Notes under the pieces: model-generated
What the model was told of the DNA's origin: nothing
Databases searched by the model: none
The model's input: only the letters and a program-made list of their open reading frames with translations
Shown here: piece by piece, positions 25,626 through 35,295 of the stretch
Layout of the letters: each line of letters begins with the position of its first letter
Position numbering within the stretch: the first letter of the stretch is position 1
IMG/VR virus record: IMGVR_UViG_3300009171_000001
Location: 9,760 to 73,759 of that record
Direction: 5' to 3' (one strand)
Source: a virus
Length of the DNA: 64,000 nt
Made by a program: the position numbers and the translations under genes

Positions 25626-27011
25626 GTGAAGATACAGCACCAAACATTTGATGAGGAGCGGGTGGTGTTGATAGGCATGATAGTAGATAAAACTGTTTTG
25701 GGTAGAATATCAACCAAATGGCAGCCACCCATGTTTTTATCACCACATGCTAACAAGGTGGGTCAATGGTGTATAGATTATTTTCATCAATATGAAAAAG
25801 CCCCAGGCCGACACATTCAATCCCTATATGAAAGTTGGGCTGTTGATAGTCGAAACAAAGACAGTACAGAAATAATAGGTTCATTTCTTGACAGTCTAAA
25901 CAAACAATATAAAAGGCTGTCCCAAGATAGCAATAGTCAATATGTAGTGGATTTGGCTGCCAAGCATTTTAATCGGGTGAAGTTGAATCAACTGACAGAT
26001 GCTATAAGTGGGGATTTAATTCAAGGTAAGACAGACAAAGCTGTAAGCAGAGCTTTGAATTACCATAAGGTGGAAATGGGTGTGGGTGAGGGGATTAAGG
26101 TTTTTCAAGATAAGGATGTTATATGTGAGGCGTTTGAAGAGAGTCATGAACCATTGATAAAGTACACAGATGGATTGGGTAAGTTTTTTGGGGATACATT
26201 AGAGCGGGATGGATTCATAGCATTTCAAGGCCCAGAAAAACGCGGCAAATCTTTTTGGTTGTTAGATGTGGCATTTCGAGCGGTGATTCAAAAACGCCGT
26301 GTAGCCTTTTTTGAGTGTGGGGATTTAAGCCGCAATCAAATAATGAGACGATTTATGGTACGAGTATCACGCCAACCGCTATATCCTTGCGATGTACGTT
26401 ACCCATTGTCTATCAAACACAAACCCAAACGACCACCAATTATCCGTACAAAACATAAACATTACAAAAAGGGATTGACTTGGCGGGCATCCTATAAAGC
26501 GTGTAGGATGATTACCAAACACCGCAAACTCAAGGATGCTTTACGATTATCCGTTCATTTTAATGATACTTTGAATGTTGAAGGTATTAGGGGGATGTTG
26601 GAGGAGTGGGAGAGGGATGGGTGGATACCGGATGTGATTGTGATAGATTATGCCGATATTCTCAATATGGACCATACGGGTTTGGAGGGGCGGGATAGGA
26701 TAGATTACACGTGGAAACAATTGAGACGGTTGAGCCAGGAAAGACACTGCCTTGTGGTAACAGCCACCCAAACAGCTGCACGTGGATATGATGTATTGAC
26801 ACAAAGCCAAAAACATTTTAGTGAAGACAAGCGTAAAAATGCCCACGTGACTGGGATGGTGGGATTGAATCAGACGGTGAAGGAGAAAGAAAAGGGTATT
26901 ATGAGGCTCAATTGGATTGAGTTGCGTGAAGGGTGGTATAGCGAACGGCAATGTTGTTATGTAGCCACTTGTTTTGAGTTAGCTAATATGGCTGTGAAAA
27001 GTTGTTTCTAA
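25626..27011 (+). CDS. Replicative DnaB-like helicase
   Basis: GPEKRGKS Walker A, VIVIDYADIL, VTATQ, SED.RK. Confidence 0.88.
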   Translation: MKIQHQTFDEERVVLIGMIVDKTVLGRISTKWQPPMFLSPHANKVGQWCIDYFHQYEKAPGRHIQSLYESWAVDSRNKDSTEIIGSFLDSLNKQYKRLSQDSNSQYVVDLAAKHFNRVKLNQLTDAISGDLIQGKTDKAVSRALNYHKVEMGVGEGIKVFQDKDVICEAFEESHEPLIKYTDGLGKFFGDTLERDGFIAFQGPEKRGKSFWLLDVAFRAVIQKRRVAFFECGDLSRNQIMRRFMVRVSRQPLYPCDVRYPLSIKHKPKRPPIIRTKHKHYKKGLTWRASYKACRMITKHRKLKDALRLSVHFNDTLNVEGIRGMLEEWERDGWIPDVIVIDYADILNMDHTGLEGRDRIDYTWKQLRRLSQERHCLVVTATQTAARGYDVLTQSQKHFSEDKRKNAHVTGMVGLNQTVKEKEKGIMRLNWIELREGWYSERQCCYVATCFELANMAVKSCF

Positions 27012-27094
27012 AATGAGATGAACAATAATATAGTGAAGAAAGGTGATTAAGTGCTATTAGATTACCCTATAAAACCGTCGAATCTATTGCTACC

Positions 27095-27180
27095 GCAAGC
27101 TACAGCCTGCGAAGTACTTGCGGGAGGTATAAAACCCCGTACTTTTAATAATCGCCTGTCTAATCGTCGCACGGTAGTAG
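27095..27180 (+). repeat. Dispersed repeat, copy 1
   Basis: 31-bp identity CCCGTACTTTTAATAATCGCCTGTCTAATCG (27136-27166) with 50965-50995, plus shared GCTACAGCCTG. Confidence 0.85.
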
Positions 27181-27214
27181 ATTCACAAATAGAATTGATG
27201 AAAGGAGATTGAAA

Positions 27215-27376
27215 ATGAGAACGTGGGAAGATTTTGTTGAAGATATGATAAGTCAAGGCCGGTCATTGAGACAAATATATGCAGTTTGTTTGGGTACGCA
27301 TTGGTGGGATAATTGTCAGGAGATAATGGATAGGGCCAGACAGTTGAGAAAATTTTTCAAAAAACCGAAAAAATAA
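27215..27376 (+). CDS. Small hypothetical protein (53 aa)
   Basis: Own translation MRTWEDFVEDMISQG...; RBS AAAGGAG. Confidence 0.55.
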   Translation: MRTWEDFVEDMISQGRSLRQIYAVCLGTHWWDNCQEIMDRARQLRKFFKKPKK

Positions 27377-27457
27377 TCATTGAATTACAAGATGATTAGC
27401 AATAATATAACAGTGAAACATATTTATCAACTTTTTATGATATGAAAGGACAAGAAA

Positions 27458-28009
27458 ATGGCAAAGGTAATGAAAGTAGAAAAGAGTAAGGCTGTGGCTT
27501 TGTTTGTGGCGATGGGCTTCAAGACTGCCGGAAAGTGGGATGCTGAAAAGCTGACCGAAAAGATTAACCTGATTGAGGATGCCCCAGAAAAGCCGCTGGA
27601 GGATGAGGCTTTGGATGGCCTTTTGGATGAAATCCTGGGGGCAGCGGGGGACATCGTGGTTGTGGACGACGAGGCCGAGGGTGACGAAGAGGAAGAGCCT
27701 GAGGCCGATGATGAGGATGAAAAGCCCAAAAAGGGCAAAAAGGACAAAAAGGCAAAGGCAACCAAAAAGCCTGTGAAGAAGAACCTGAACCGAATCCACG
27801 CCGTCACGGACATTTTGAGAAAGCTGAAGAAGAGTGGTGCTACAGCTGAGGACATCATCAAAGCAGCGGATGATGCCTATGTTGCAGATGGTGGCAACAG
27901 CAATCTGAAAGAAGCCGGATACAGCACTCACAGGGTCATTCAGGTAATGGAACGGCTTGGGATGGTGTCTGTGGAAGATGGTAAAGTCCGTCCGGTCAAT
28001 CCTGTCTAA
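27458..28009 (+). CDS. Acidic/basic low-complexity protein, possibly DNA-binding
   Basis: 183 aa; D/E-rich then K-rich linker; wHTH-like C-terminus. Confidence 0.7.
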   Translation: MAKVMKVEKSKAVALFVAMGFKTAGKWDAEKLTEKINLIEDAPEKPLEDEALDGLLDEILGAAGDIVVVDDEAEGDEEEEPEADDEDEKPKKGKKDKKAKATKKPVKKNLNRIHAVTDILRKLKKSGATAEDIIKAADDAYVADGGNSNLKEAGYSTHRVIQVMERLGMVSVEDGKVRPVNPV

Positions 28010-28026
28010 ACAGCACAGCGGGGATT

Positions 28027-29085
28027 TTGATGAAACGATACCAAAGTGCAATTGGGGTAAGGGGTGATTGTTTATATTGCCCCTTGCCTTTGTCTATTGA
28101 TACCTATTGGAATTGTGAACCTGATTGTTATCATTGTTATAGCCGCCGCCTTAATCGGATATGGGGGATGGATTTGCGGCCTGCTGACCCTGATGCTATC
28201 GCCCACAAATTACATAATGGATTGAAATGCAAAAATCCACGTAGTAGTTTGGCTTGGGCTTTATATCATAAGAAAACCTTGCGGGTGGGAAATCGTACAG
28301 ACCCATATCAACCAGCTGAATTGAAACATCAAGTTACTCATCAGGTATTAAATATCTTGATTGATTTGAAATGGACGTTTGTTATTCAAACGCGATTTAC
28401 AAATAATATGTCTAATGATGAAGAGGCCATACTCAAAGCAAAGGATAAACAACTCATTACTTTGCTGCCCATTATTAGTCCAGGGGGGGAGTGGGATAGG
28501 ACTGTTTTGGAAAAAGGGGCAACACCATCAATTCATAGCCGATTACAAATCATCCGTCGATATATCAAAAAAGGTGTGCCTGTAGGTGTGGGGGGTGAAC
28601 CTTTCATTCCTGGTTTGCATACGCCTAAAATGTTTGAAGATACTTTGAAGTCATTAAAATCAGTAGGGGTAAAAAGTTATAATACATATAATTTGCATTT
28701 CAACGACCATGTAGCCAAACAACTGGTTGGTATTGGATTAGATATTGAAAGGATTTGGCATTATAATCAGGACAAACAATGGCGTCCAATTTTGCATAGG
28801 TTGTGCGAAATGGCTGATAGGCTGGGGATAGTATTGGGTTGCCCGGACTTTGTCAACGTACCGTACAGTTATACAACAAAATCTAACACTTGCTGCGGTA
28901 TATCGGTAACAAACCCCAGCCGATTTAACACAGACACTTGGCGAAGGTTGTTGATGGATGGGAAAAAACCAGGATGGGTGTTGAAAAAGACGTGGGAGGG
29001 GATTGGGAATAAGGAGATGGGATGGAAAATCTTGTTTGGCAAACCGTGTGAATTTTATACGATGAAAGATGCAGGGATTATATGA
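28027..29085 (+). CDS. Radical SAM enzyme (SPL-like)
   Basis: CEPDCYHC motif, TDPYQPAE, C-terminal NTCCG. Confidence 0.88.
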   Translation: MMKRYQSAIGVRGDCLYCPLPLSIDTYWNCEPDCYHCYSRRLNRIWGMDLRPADPDAIAHKLHNGLKCKNPRSSLAWALYHKKTLRVGNRTDPYQPAELKHQVTHQVLNILIDLKWTFVIQTRFTNNMSNDEEAILKAKDKQLITLLPIISPGGEWDRTVLEKGATPSIHSRLQIIRRYIKKGVPVGVGGEPFIPGLHTPKMFEDTLKSLKSVGVKSYNTYNLHFNDHVAKQLVGIGLDIERIWHYNQDKQWRPILHRLCEMADRLGIVLGCPDFVNVPYSYTTKSNTCCGISVTNPSRFNTDTWRRLLMDGKKPGWVLKKTWEGIGNKEMGWKILFGKPCEFYTMKDAGII

Positions 29086-29801
29086 AAAGAAGAAAAGACC
29101 GGATATTACCAAAAGATAAATGGAAATTTGATGATGCTGTTGCTAATTGTTTTGATAATATGTTGGAACGTAGCATACCTCAATATGAAGTAATGAGGAA
29201 GGCGGTTGTTGATATTGCTTGTGAATTTCAATCGGATAATACTTGCATTATGGATTTGGGAACGTCTTTGGGGGGGAGTTTATCTCCTCTGATAGAAAAG
29301 TTTGGAAATAGAAATCATTATGTAGGGATGGAAATGTCTATTCCCATGATTGAAAAAGCGAATCGAAGATTTGAAAAAGAGGTAAAAGAGGGGTATGTAA
29401 TAATAAAAGAACATGATTTAAGAAAAGGGGTGCCCCAATCCCCCACGTGCATTGCTATGTCTATATTGACAATTCAATTTACACCAATAGAATATCGTCC
29501 TCATATCATTAGTTCTGTTTTTGAAACACTAATATCTGGTGGGGTTTTCATTTTGGTAGAGAAGATATTGGGTCAGACAAGTCATATAGATAAGTTGATG
29601 ACCAAATTGTACTATAATATGAAAGGCAAGGCTGGGTATTCTCAAAAACAGATAGAGAGAAAACGATTGAGTTTAGAAGGAGTGTTGGTGCCTGTGACGG
29701 CTAAGTGGAATGAAGAGCTTTTGTGTTGGGCTGGATTCAAAGAGGTGGAATGTTTCTGGCGATGGATGAACTTTGCGGGATGGGTGGGGATAAAAAGATG
29801 A
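29082..29801 (+). CDS. cmoA: CmoA-like carboxy-SAM synthase/SAM-dependent methyltransferase
   Basis: WKFDDAVANCFDNMLERSIPQY, DLGTSLG, LTIQF, LVEK, KRLSLEGVLVP, FWRWMNFAG. Confidence 0.75.
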   Translation: MKRRKDRILPKDKWKFDDAVANCFDNMLERSIPQYEVMRKAVVDIACEFQSDNTCIMDLGTSLGGSLSPLIEKFGNRNHYVGMEMSIPMIEKANRRFEKEVKEGYVIIKEHDLRKGVPQSPTCIAMSILTIQFTPIEYRPHIISSVFETLISGGVFILVEKILGQTSHIDKLMTKLYYNMKGKAGYSQKQIERKRLSLEGVLVPVTAKWNEELLCWAGFKEVECFWRWMNFAGWVGIKR

Positions 29802-30541
29802 AAGATTTATGGATATGTCAAAAATGGAAGATGAAAAATGTGGGGAGCACTTTGTCGGAAATTATCGAAGTGGGAGGAAAGAGGACTGTCTGGCATGAAC
29901 ATAGAATTAAACACCTAAGTGAAAATGTATGGTGTTTATATCAAGCACTTCAAATAGTGGGGGGTGTAAAATCAGTGATAGACCTTTGTGCTGGAATAGG
30001 ATTGTGGGCGAAGGTGATAGAACAGGAAATAAAACCTTTGCGATTGACTTTGATAGATTTGGATTATGCTTGTTGTGAAAGATTGAAAACACAATTTCCA
30101 ACAGCTGATGTTCTCTCAGATAATTATTGGAACATATCTTGTAGAGGTTATGATTTAGTTTGTATGGATGTTACTATTAGCACGGCTCATAGGATATTTG
30201 ATAATAATCCTGATATTCCATTAATGAAAGTGTTGGGGGAAGGAGTTACTTGGATCATAATATCGGATTGTGCTGCCCCTAAATTACACCTCAACAAAAA
30301 ATCTTATGAAAATGTACTTAAAGGTGAAATTGATTCTTATGAAGACTACATAAGATTATATTCAAAAAGACTTTTGAACAAAACAGGAAAATCCATTCAT
30401 ACCGTTTTTCTAAGTGGCGGTTCTAAACGTCCACATTCAAGTTACTTTTTAATCAAAAATGATGCGAGAGATTTTGAGATTAAAAGGGTAGAGAATGTTC
30501 CTGAATCTTCTTTTTATCGGGGGGATTTATTGAATGATTAA
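29798..30541 (+). CDS. Class I SAM-dependent methyltransferase-like protein
   Basis: VIDLCAGIG motif I; LIDLD. Confidence 0.65.
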   Translation: MKDLWICQKWKMKNVGSTLSEIIEVGGKRTVWHEHRIKHLSENVWCLYQALQIVGGVKSVIDLCAGIGLWAKVIEQEIKPLRLTLIDLDYACCERLKTQFPTADVLSDNYWNISCRGYDLVCMDVTISTAHRIFDNNPDIPLMKVLGEGVTWIIISDCAAPKLHLNKKSYENVLKGEIDSYEDYIRLYSKRLLNKTGKSIHTVFLSGGSKRPHSSYFLIKNDARDFEIKRVENVPESSFYRGDLLND

Positions 30542-31385
30542 AATTGATACTCCCGTAGAAAGTCACTATATAAAGGGGAGGGAGATTTGGGTGAAAAGAG
30601 AAGATTTATGCACCCAAATCCCAGGCCCACCTTTTAGCAAATGTCGGGGATTGTATCCTCATATGAAAAGGTTGCGGGATGAAGAGAAAGTACATATAGT
30701 GGGTTATGTTGAAACACCCATATCAATGGCTGGATGGGGTGTGGCTTGGTGTGCTAAGGCTTTGGGAATGACTGCGGTAATATATGAACCCCAATATAAA
30801 CATGGCGCACCAAAAATGTTGATTAAGCATAAACAACATTGGGAAAAGTTTGGAGTGATAATCGAACATATCCCAGCAGGCATGACTTGTATTAATCAAC
30901 ACATAGCCAAAAAACATTTGTTGAAAAAATACGGTGCCAAAACACATTTGTTACCCATAGGGATACCTTCAATAGAAACGGTGGAAGAAACAGCTGCCGA
31001 ATGGCGGAGGACAATATACCAATATGGTAAATTTGAAAATGTTATCGTTCCTGTAGGCAGTGGTACCATTTGTGCAGGTGTATTAAAGGGGATGTTACCT
31101 GAAGATGGGTGTTTGACTGGAGTAATGGTTTATTCTAAAAACATTCCAAAAAAATTCAAATCCATTTGTAATAAAGCGGGCAAACAAAATCTTCCCTTGT
31201 TAGAAAACAATCTTAATTTTAGATTGATTGATCCTGGATGGAGTTATACAGAAATGGCAACCATACAAGCACCATTCCCTTGCCACCGATATTATGATTT
31301 GAAAGGCTGGCAGTGGTTATTAGAAATGTTGCCTACAATGAAAGATAGAGTGTTGTTTTGGAATATAGGCTCAGAAGGTCAATAA
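30534..31385 (+). CDS. PLP-dependent enzyme (fold type II, ACC deaminase/D-cysteine desulfhydrase-like)
   Basis: WVKREDL, FSK.RG, VPVGSGT, YYDLK, LFWNIG. Confidence 0.8.
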   Translation: MIKIDTPVESHYIKGREIWVKREDLCTQIPGPPFSKCRGLYPHMKRLRDEEKVHIVGYVETPISMAGWGVAWCAKALGMTAVIYEPQYKHGAPKMLIKHKQHWEKFGVIIEHIPAGMTCINQHIAKKHLLKKYGAKTHLLPIGIPSIETVEETAAEWRRTIYQYGKFENVIVPVGSGTICAGVLKGMLPEDGCLTGVMVYSKNIPKKFKSICNKAGKQNLPLLENNLNFRLIDPGWSYTEMATIQAPFPCHRYYDLKGWQWLLEMLPTMKDRVLFWNIGSEGQ

Positions 31386-31428
31386 GCAATAATATCTTAT
31401 ACGGTTAAGTTAATAGGATTTTATTTTA

Positions 31429-32856
31429 ATGAATTACTACGAGTTGAGAAAAGCTGTGGCTCAAGTCATCCCGCATAGTCACCGGATTACGGGGGAGAGG
31501 ATGAGAGTACGGGCGGTGAAAGAAAAGGGACGCAAAAGTGGATATGCTGAGTACAAATTGTCTCAACAGGAGTGGGTAAAACAAGAGCGGTTGTTAAATG
31601 TAGATGAAGTGAGTAGTTTTATTGAAGTTAGTTGCAGGGCACAGGCTTGCCCAATGCCATTAAACATCGACATTTGGGATGGATTGATTTGTCCCTACAA
31701 TTGTTGTTATTGTTTTGCTAATAGTTTTAGGGCATCTTTGTACACAGCATTTTTTGATAATAGCAAAACTATGGGTATGCGGCATTGTAACACTGCTAAG
31801 TACAAAAAGGATTTGGACAAACTATTCCTTCAATATCGTGGTAAAAATTCTCATGACATAAACAATCCTGTTGCTAAGGCTATAGCTATAGGAATACCTA
31901 TACGATTTGGCATCCGGTTTGAGGATTTTTTGAAGCAAGAGGAGAAAAGCGGGGTGAGTTTGGAAATGTTGAAATACCTTGCTAAGTGCAAATATCCTTT
32001 GATGGTCAATACCAAGTCTGTATTGATAGGTCATGAAGAATATGTTCATGCATTAAGTCATAACAAAGGCAAAACGGCAGTACATATCACTTTAATAAGT
32101 AGTAACAATGGTTTGTTGAAGGCTTTAGAACCTGGGGCACCATCCTATGAGGATAGAATAGGGGCTATGAAAAATTTGGTGTCTGCTGGGGTGAGGGTAG
32201 TAGCCAGGATTGAACCGTGGATGCCTTTTGTGAATGACGACCCTGACCATACCGAAAAATATATGCAAGATTTGAAAGATATTGGGGTAAAACATTTGAC
32301 CTTTGATACATACTCCTACAGCGCCAACAATCCAGGTATTGCCCAGGCTTTCCGAAATCTCAATATGGATTGGGATAGGATTTTCTCCATGGGTTGTGAA
32401 AGTCAAGGTTTTGGCAGCATCCTGTTAGGTTACTATATGAAATTGTGGCAAGACAAAGGATTTCATTGTTCAACTTTCGATATGGGTAATATGCCCACTA
32501 ATTCTCAATCTATCTGTTGTGAAGTGGGGGATTTGTTTGAAACTACGGGTGGCTTTAATTACGGTTGTACTGTGATGGCTGCCAGATATATCATTGGTAA
32601 AAAAGGTTCATCGGTAAGTTGGGGGGAATTTTGTGCCCATGTAAATAAACATGGTGGATTTTTGTCCAAAGCCTTAAAAGATGAAGTATTATTGTTATGG
32701 GACTTTTTGGGTAAAGATGCTTATAGTCATGGTTGGAGTGCGGGGATGGAAATAGATGGGTGTGATGAAAATGGACATATGGTGTGGAAATATAATTCCG
32801 ATTTAGATTTTCGTCAAGATTTGTTAAAAGGAGTAGGCATTGAGTTACAAAGCTAA
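31429..32856 (+). CDS. Radical SAM enzyme (second; paralogue of 28027)
   Basis: CPYNCCYC motif; LEPGAPS...R; C-terminal SICCE. Confidence 0.88.
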   Translation: MNYYELRKAVAQVIPHSHRITGERMRVRAVKEKGRKSGYAEYKLSQQEWVKQERLLNVDEVSSFIEVSCRAQACPMPLNIDIWDGLICPYNCCYCFANSFRASLYTAFFDNSKTMGMRHCNTAKYKKDLDKLFLQYRGKNSHDINNPVAKAIAIGIPIRFGIRFEDFLKQEEKSGVSLEMLKYLAKCKYPLMVNTKSVLIGHEEYVHALSHNKGKTAVHITLISSNNGLLKALEPGAPSYEDRIGAMKNLVSAGVRVVARIEPWMPFVNDDPDHTEKYMQDLKDIGVKHLTFDTYSYSANNPGIAQAFRNLNMDWDRIFSMGCESQGFGSILLGYYMKLWQDKGFHCSTFDMGNMPTNSQSICCEVGDLFETTGGFNYGCTVMAARYIIGKKGSSVSWGEFCAHVNKHGGFLSKALKDEVLLLWDFLGKDAYSHGWSAGMEIDGCDENGHMVWKYNSDLDFRQDLLKGVGIELQS

Positions 32857-33550
32857 TAAACGCATTGAAGATATATTTGCTCATGCGGTAGCATTACAAC
32901 AAAATGGACGTATGCGCAATACTATATATTGTAGAAAAAATTATATTTATATCTTGAATCAAGATGATACAATTTTGCTACGATTTTGTTTAAGGCTCAG
33001 TGAGGTAGTATTTGCTCATCCAGTATCTTTTTATGCTAATGATTATGATAGCAACAAGTTTTATGAAGAGGATGGAAAAATCCATTTTGTAATTGAAAAT
33101 GAATTTCATCAAAGAATCAAACAATGTGGGACACCTAAGCGAAATCCCTTGCAGGTTCATAAATTATTTCAACAAATAAAACCGTTGATGGAAAATGCTG
33201 TGGATATAGGGGAATCTCTATTAGGATTTCTTGATGAGGATTTGACCCATATAGAATTTTCTGCTTCAAAAGGCAAACTCAAGATTGTCCAACGTAATAT
33301 CTATACAGGTTCAATAATAACCATCCAGGAAAAAACAGGGCAAGAACAAGGATTGGTACAAATATCCCCCCATCTAAAAGATTTTGTCCCAATAGCTATT
33401 CGTACCAAAGATTTTTTAGCCTTGTTTAGTTTTGCCAATATTGTATCCTTTTGTTTTGGTGATCATTATATATGGGTAGAAAATAAAGACCATAAAATAC
33501 CTTTTATGGGTATAATAGGATTATGTAGATATAATGAGTTGCAAGGATGA
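32840..33550 (+). CDS. Hypothetical protein in the modification cluster
   Basis: 236-aa ORF overlapping both neighbours. Confidence 0.6.
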   Translation: MSYKANKRIEDIFAHAVALQQNGRMRNTIYCRKNYIYILNQDDTILLRFCLRLSEVVFAHPVSFYANDYDSNKFYEEDGKIHFVIENEFHQRIKQCGTPKRNPLQVHKLFQQIKPLMENAVDIGESLLGFLDEDLTHIEFSASKGKLKIVQRNIYTGSIITIQEKTGQEQGLVQISPHLKDFVPIAIRTKDFLALFSFANIVSFCFGDHYIWVENKDHKIPFMGIIGLCRYNELQG

Positions 33551-34422
33551 AAGATTTGTTGGGACAACCCATTTCTCTTAAATTGCGTGAGAGGTATGTT
33601 GAACCACCTTTCACAGTTTTATCCACTTACTCTTCCTTTTGGATAAATCGACGGCGACAATGGTTGCGTTTGGGCATTCAAAGTGAATTGGGACGGACAA
33701 GTTCTACATTTAGTGGAGGATTGCCTAATTTCATAACCAAAACCAAAAAATCAAAAAGTTTGAAACAACGTACTTCTATTTTTGATCCAGTTTTGTGTGA
33801 ATTAATATATCAGTGGTTTTGTTTTGAAAATGGAAAAGTGTTGGACCCATTTGCGGGTGGAAGTGTGCGGGGGATTGTAGCGGGATATTTGGGTTATCCC
33901 TATGTTGGGATAGAATTGAGTGAACCCCAAGTAAAAGCTAATGAGAAACAGGCCCATCATATTCTATCATCAAACATAAAAACATATCCACAATGGATAG
34001 TGGGGGATGCTGAAACCGTTTTGCCCACATTAAAAGAAAAAGTATCACTAATTTTTTCCTGTCCACCTTATATGAATTTGGAAAAGTTTAGTAATCATCC
34101 AGAGGATTTGAGTAATATGGATGATGAGCATTTTATTGCTAAATATAACCGGATTATACAATATGCCTGCAAATTGTTAAAACCAAATGGTTTTGCTTGT
34201 TTTGTGGTGGGGGATTTGCGAGATAAAAAAGGATATTTCAAAGATTTCCCCATGATAACTAAGCAGGCTTTTTATGGGTGTGGTTTGAAATTGTACAATG
34301 AAGCTATTTTGTTAAACAGTTTGGGTAGTGCTGCTATACGGGCTAAGTGTCAGTTTGATAGAGGGAGAAAGTTGGTGAAGGTACATCAAACAGTTCTGGT
34401 TTTCAAAAAGGTAAAGGATTGA
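33547..34422 (+). CDS. DNA amino-methyltransferase-like protein
   Basis: SIFDPVLCE, VLDPFAGGSVRG, SCPPY. Confidence 0.85.
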   Translation: MKDLLGQPISLKLRERYVEPPFTVLSTYSSFWINRRRQWLRLGIQSELGRTSSTFSGGLPNFITKTKKSKSLKQRTSIFDPVLCELIYQWFCFENGKVLDPFAGGSVRGIVAGYLGYPYVGIELSEPQVKANEKQAHHILSSNIKTYPQWIVGDAETVLPTLKEKVSLIFSCPPYMNLEKFSNHPEDLSNMDDEHFIAKYNRIIQYACKLLKPNGFACFVVGDLRDKKGYFKDFPMITKQAFYGCGLKLYNEAILLNSLGSAAIRAKCQFDRGRKLVKVHQTVLVFKKVKD

Positions 34423-34518
34423 TTATGGGTGGCAAAAGTCGCAAATCAGGCGGTATTAGTAAAACACTGGTTCAACGTCTATCCCGTGAACATCGACAAA
34501 ATCAAAAGGTGAAAAAAG

Positions 34519-35295
34519 ATGAACGAATATCTACAAGCAGTGGAAAAAGCCGGTCAAAACCCCAACTTTTGGATGAGTGAAGAATACATCCAAAAAGCTA
34601 ATTTGGTTTGGGTATATGAAAATGAACTTTTAGGATATAAAATGAATCCAAAAGATGATGAATGGTTTTTTCCACCTATTGATAAAGATAGACAATTTGA
34701 TTTGAAAAGGAACATTTTCTGCGGATTTGTTTTATCAGATTCAGATTGTGAGGAAGGTTCATTTTTGGATTTTCAATTTTTCTACAATCCCCCAGCATTT
34801 CTATCAATGCAAGGTAGTCATTGGGATGTGTTTCGTAAAAACATTCGCAAAATTCCCAAACGTACCAAAGGTGAATTAATATATAAACCAATTTGTGGAA
34901 AAAGTTATTCTCAAGAAATATCCCAACTGATAATTGAGTGGTCTGACAGAATGGGAGAAGTGCAAGACCATATAGTTTGTATCAAATATGCTTTGAGTGG
35001 ATGCAATCGTTGGGGTTTGTTTTTGGAAAACCAATTGATAGGATTAAATGTTTGGGATGAAAATTTTAAGTATATCAATTTTCGTTATTGTATAGATAAT
35101 GGGATGCCTTTTCTACAAGAATATCTCCGTTATCGTTTTTATCTTCGTATTATGCATATTCAAAAGTGGGTAAATGATGGTGGTGTTTTAGATAATGCTG
35201 GATTAAAACGGTTCAAAGAAAAACTGAACCCTATAACTATAGGAAAAGTTTGTCAATATAAAGGAAAGGATATGATTTATGCAAGTAGTACGTGA
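34519..35295 (+). CDS. DUF2156/GNAT-fold aminoacyl-transferase-like protein
   Basis: QG.HW.VFRKNI and VNDGG.LDN.GL..FK.KLNP resemble the MprF C-terminal/DUF2156 fold. Confidence 0.5.
   Translation: MNEYLQAVEKAGQNPNFWMSEEYIQKANLVWVYENELLGYKMNPKDDEWFFPPIDKDRQFDLKRNIFCGFVLSDSDCEEGSFLDFQFFYNPPAFLSMQGSHWDVFRKNIRKIPKRTKGELIYKPICGKSYSQEISQLIIEWSDRMGEVQDHIVCIKYALSGCNRWGLFLENQLIGLNVWDENFKYINFRYCIDNGMPFLQEYLRYRFYLRIMHIQKWVNDGGVLDNAGLKRFKEKLNPITIGKVCQYKGKDMIYASST

Noticed and set aside
27377-28051. Long antisense ORFs opposite 27458-28009 and similar shadow ORFs elsewhere
   Set aside because: They lack RBS or motifs and fully overlap better-supported genes.
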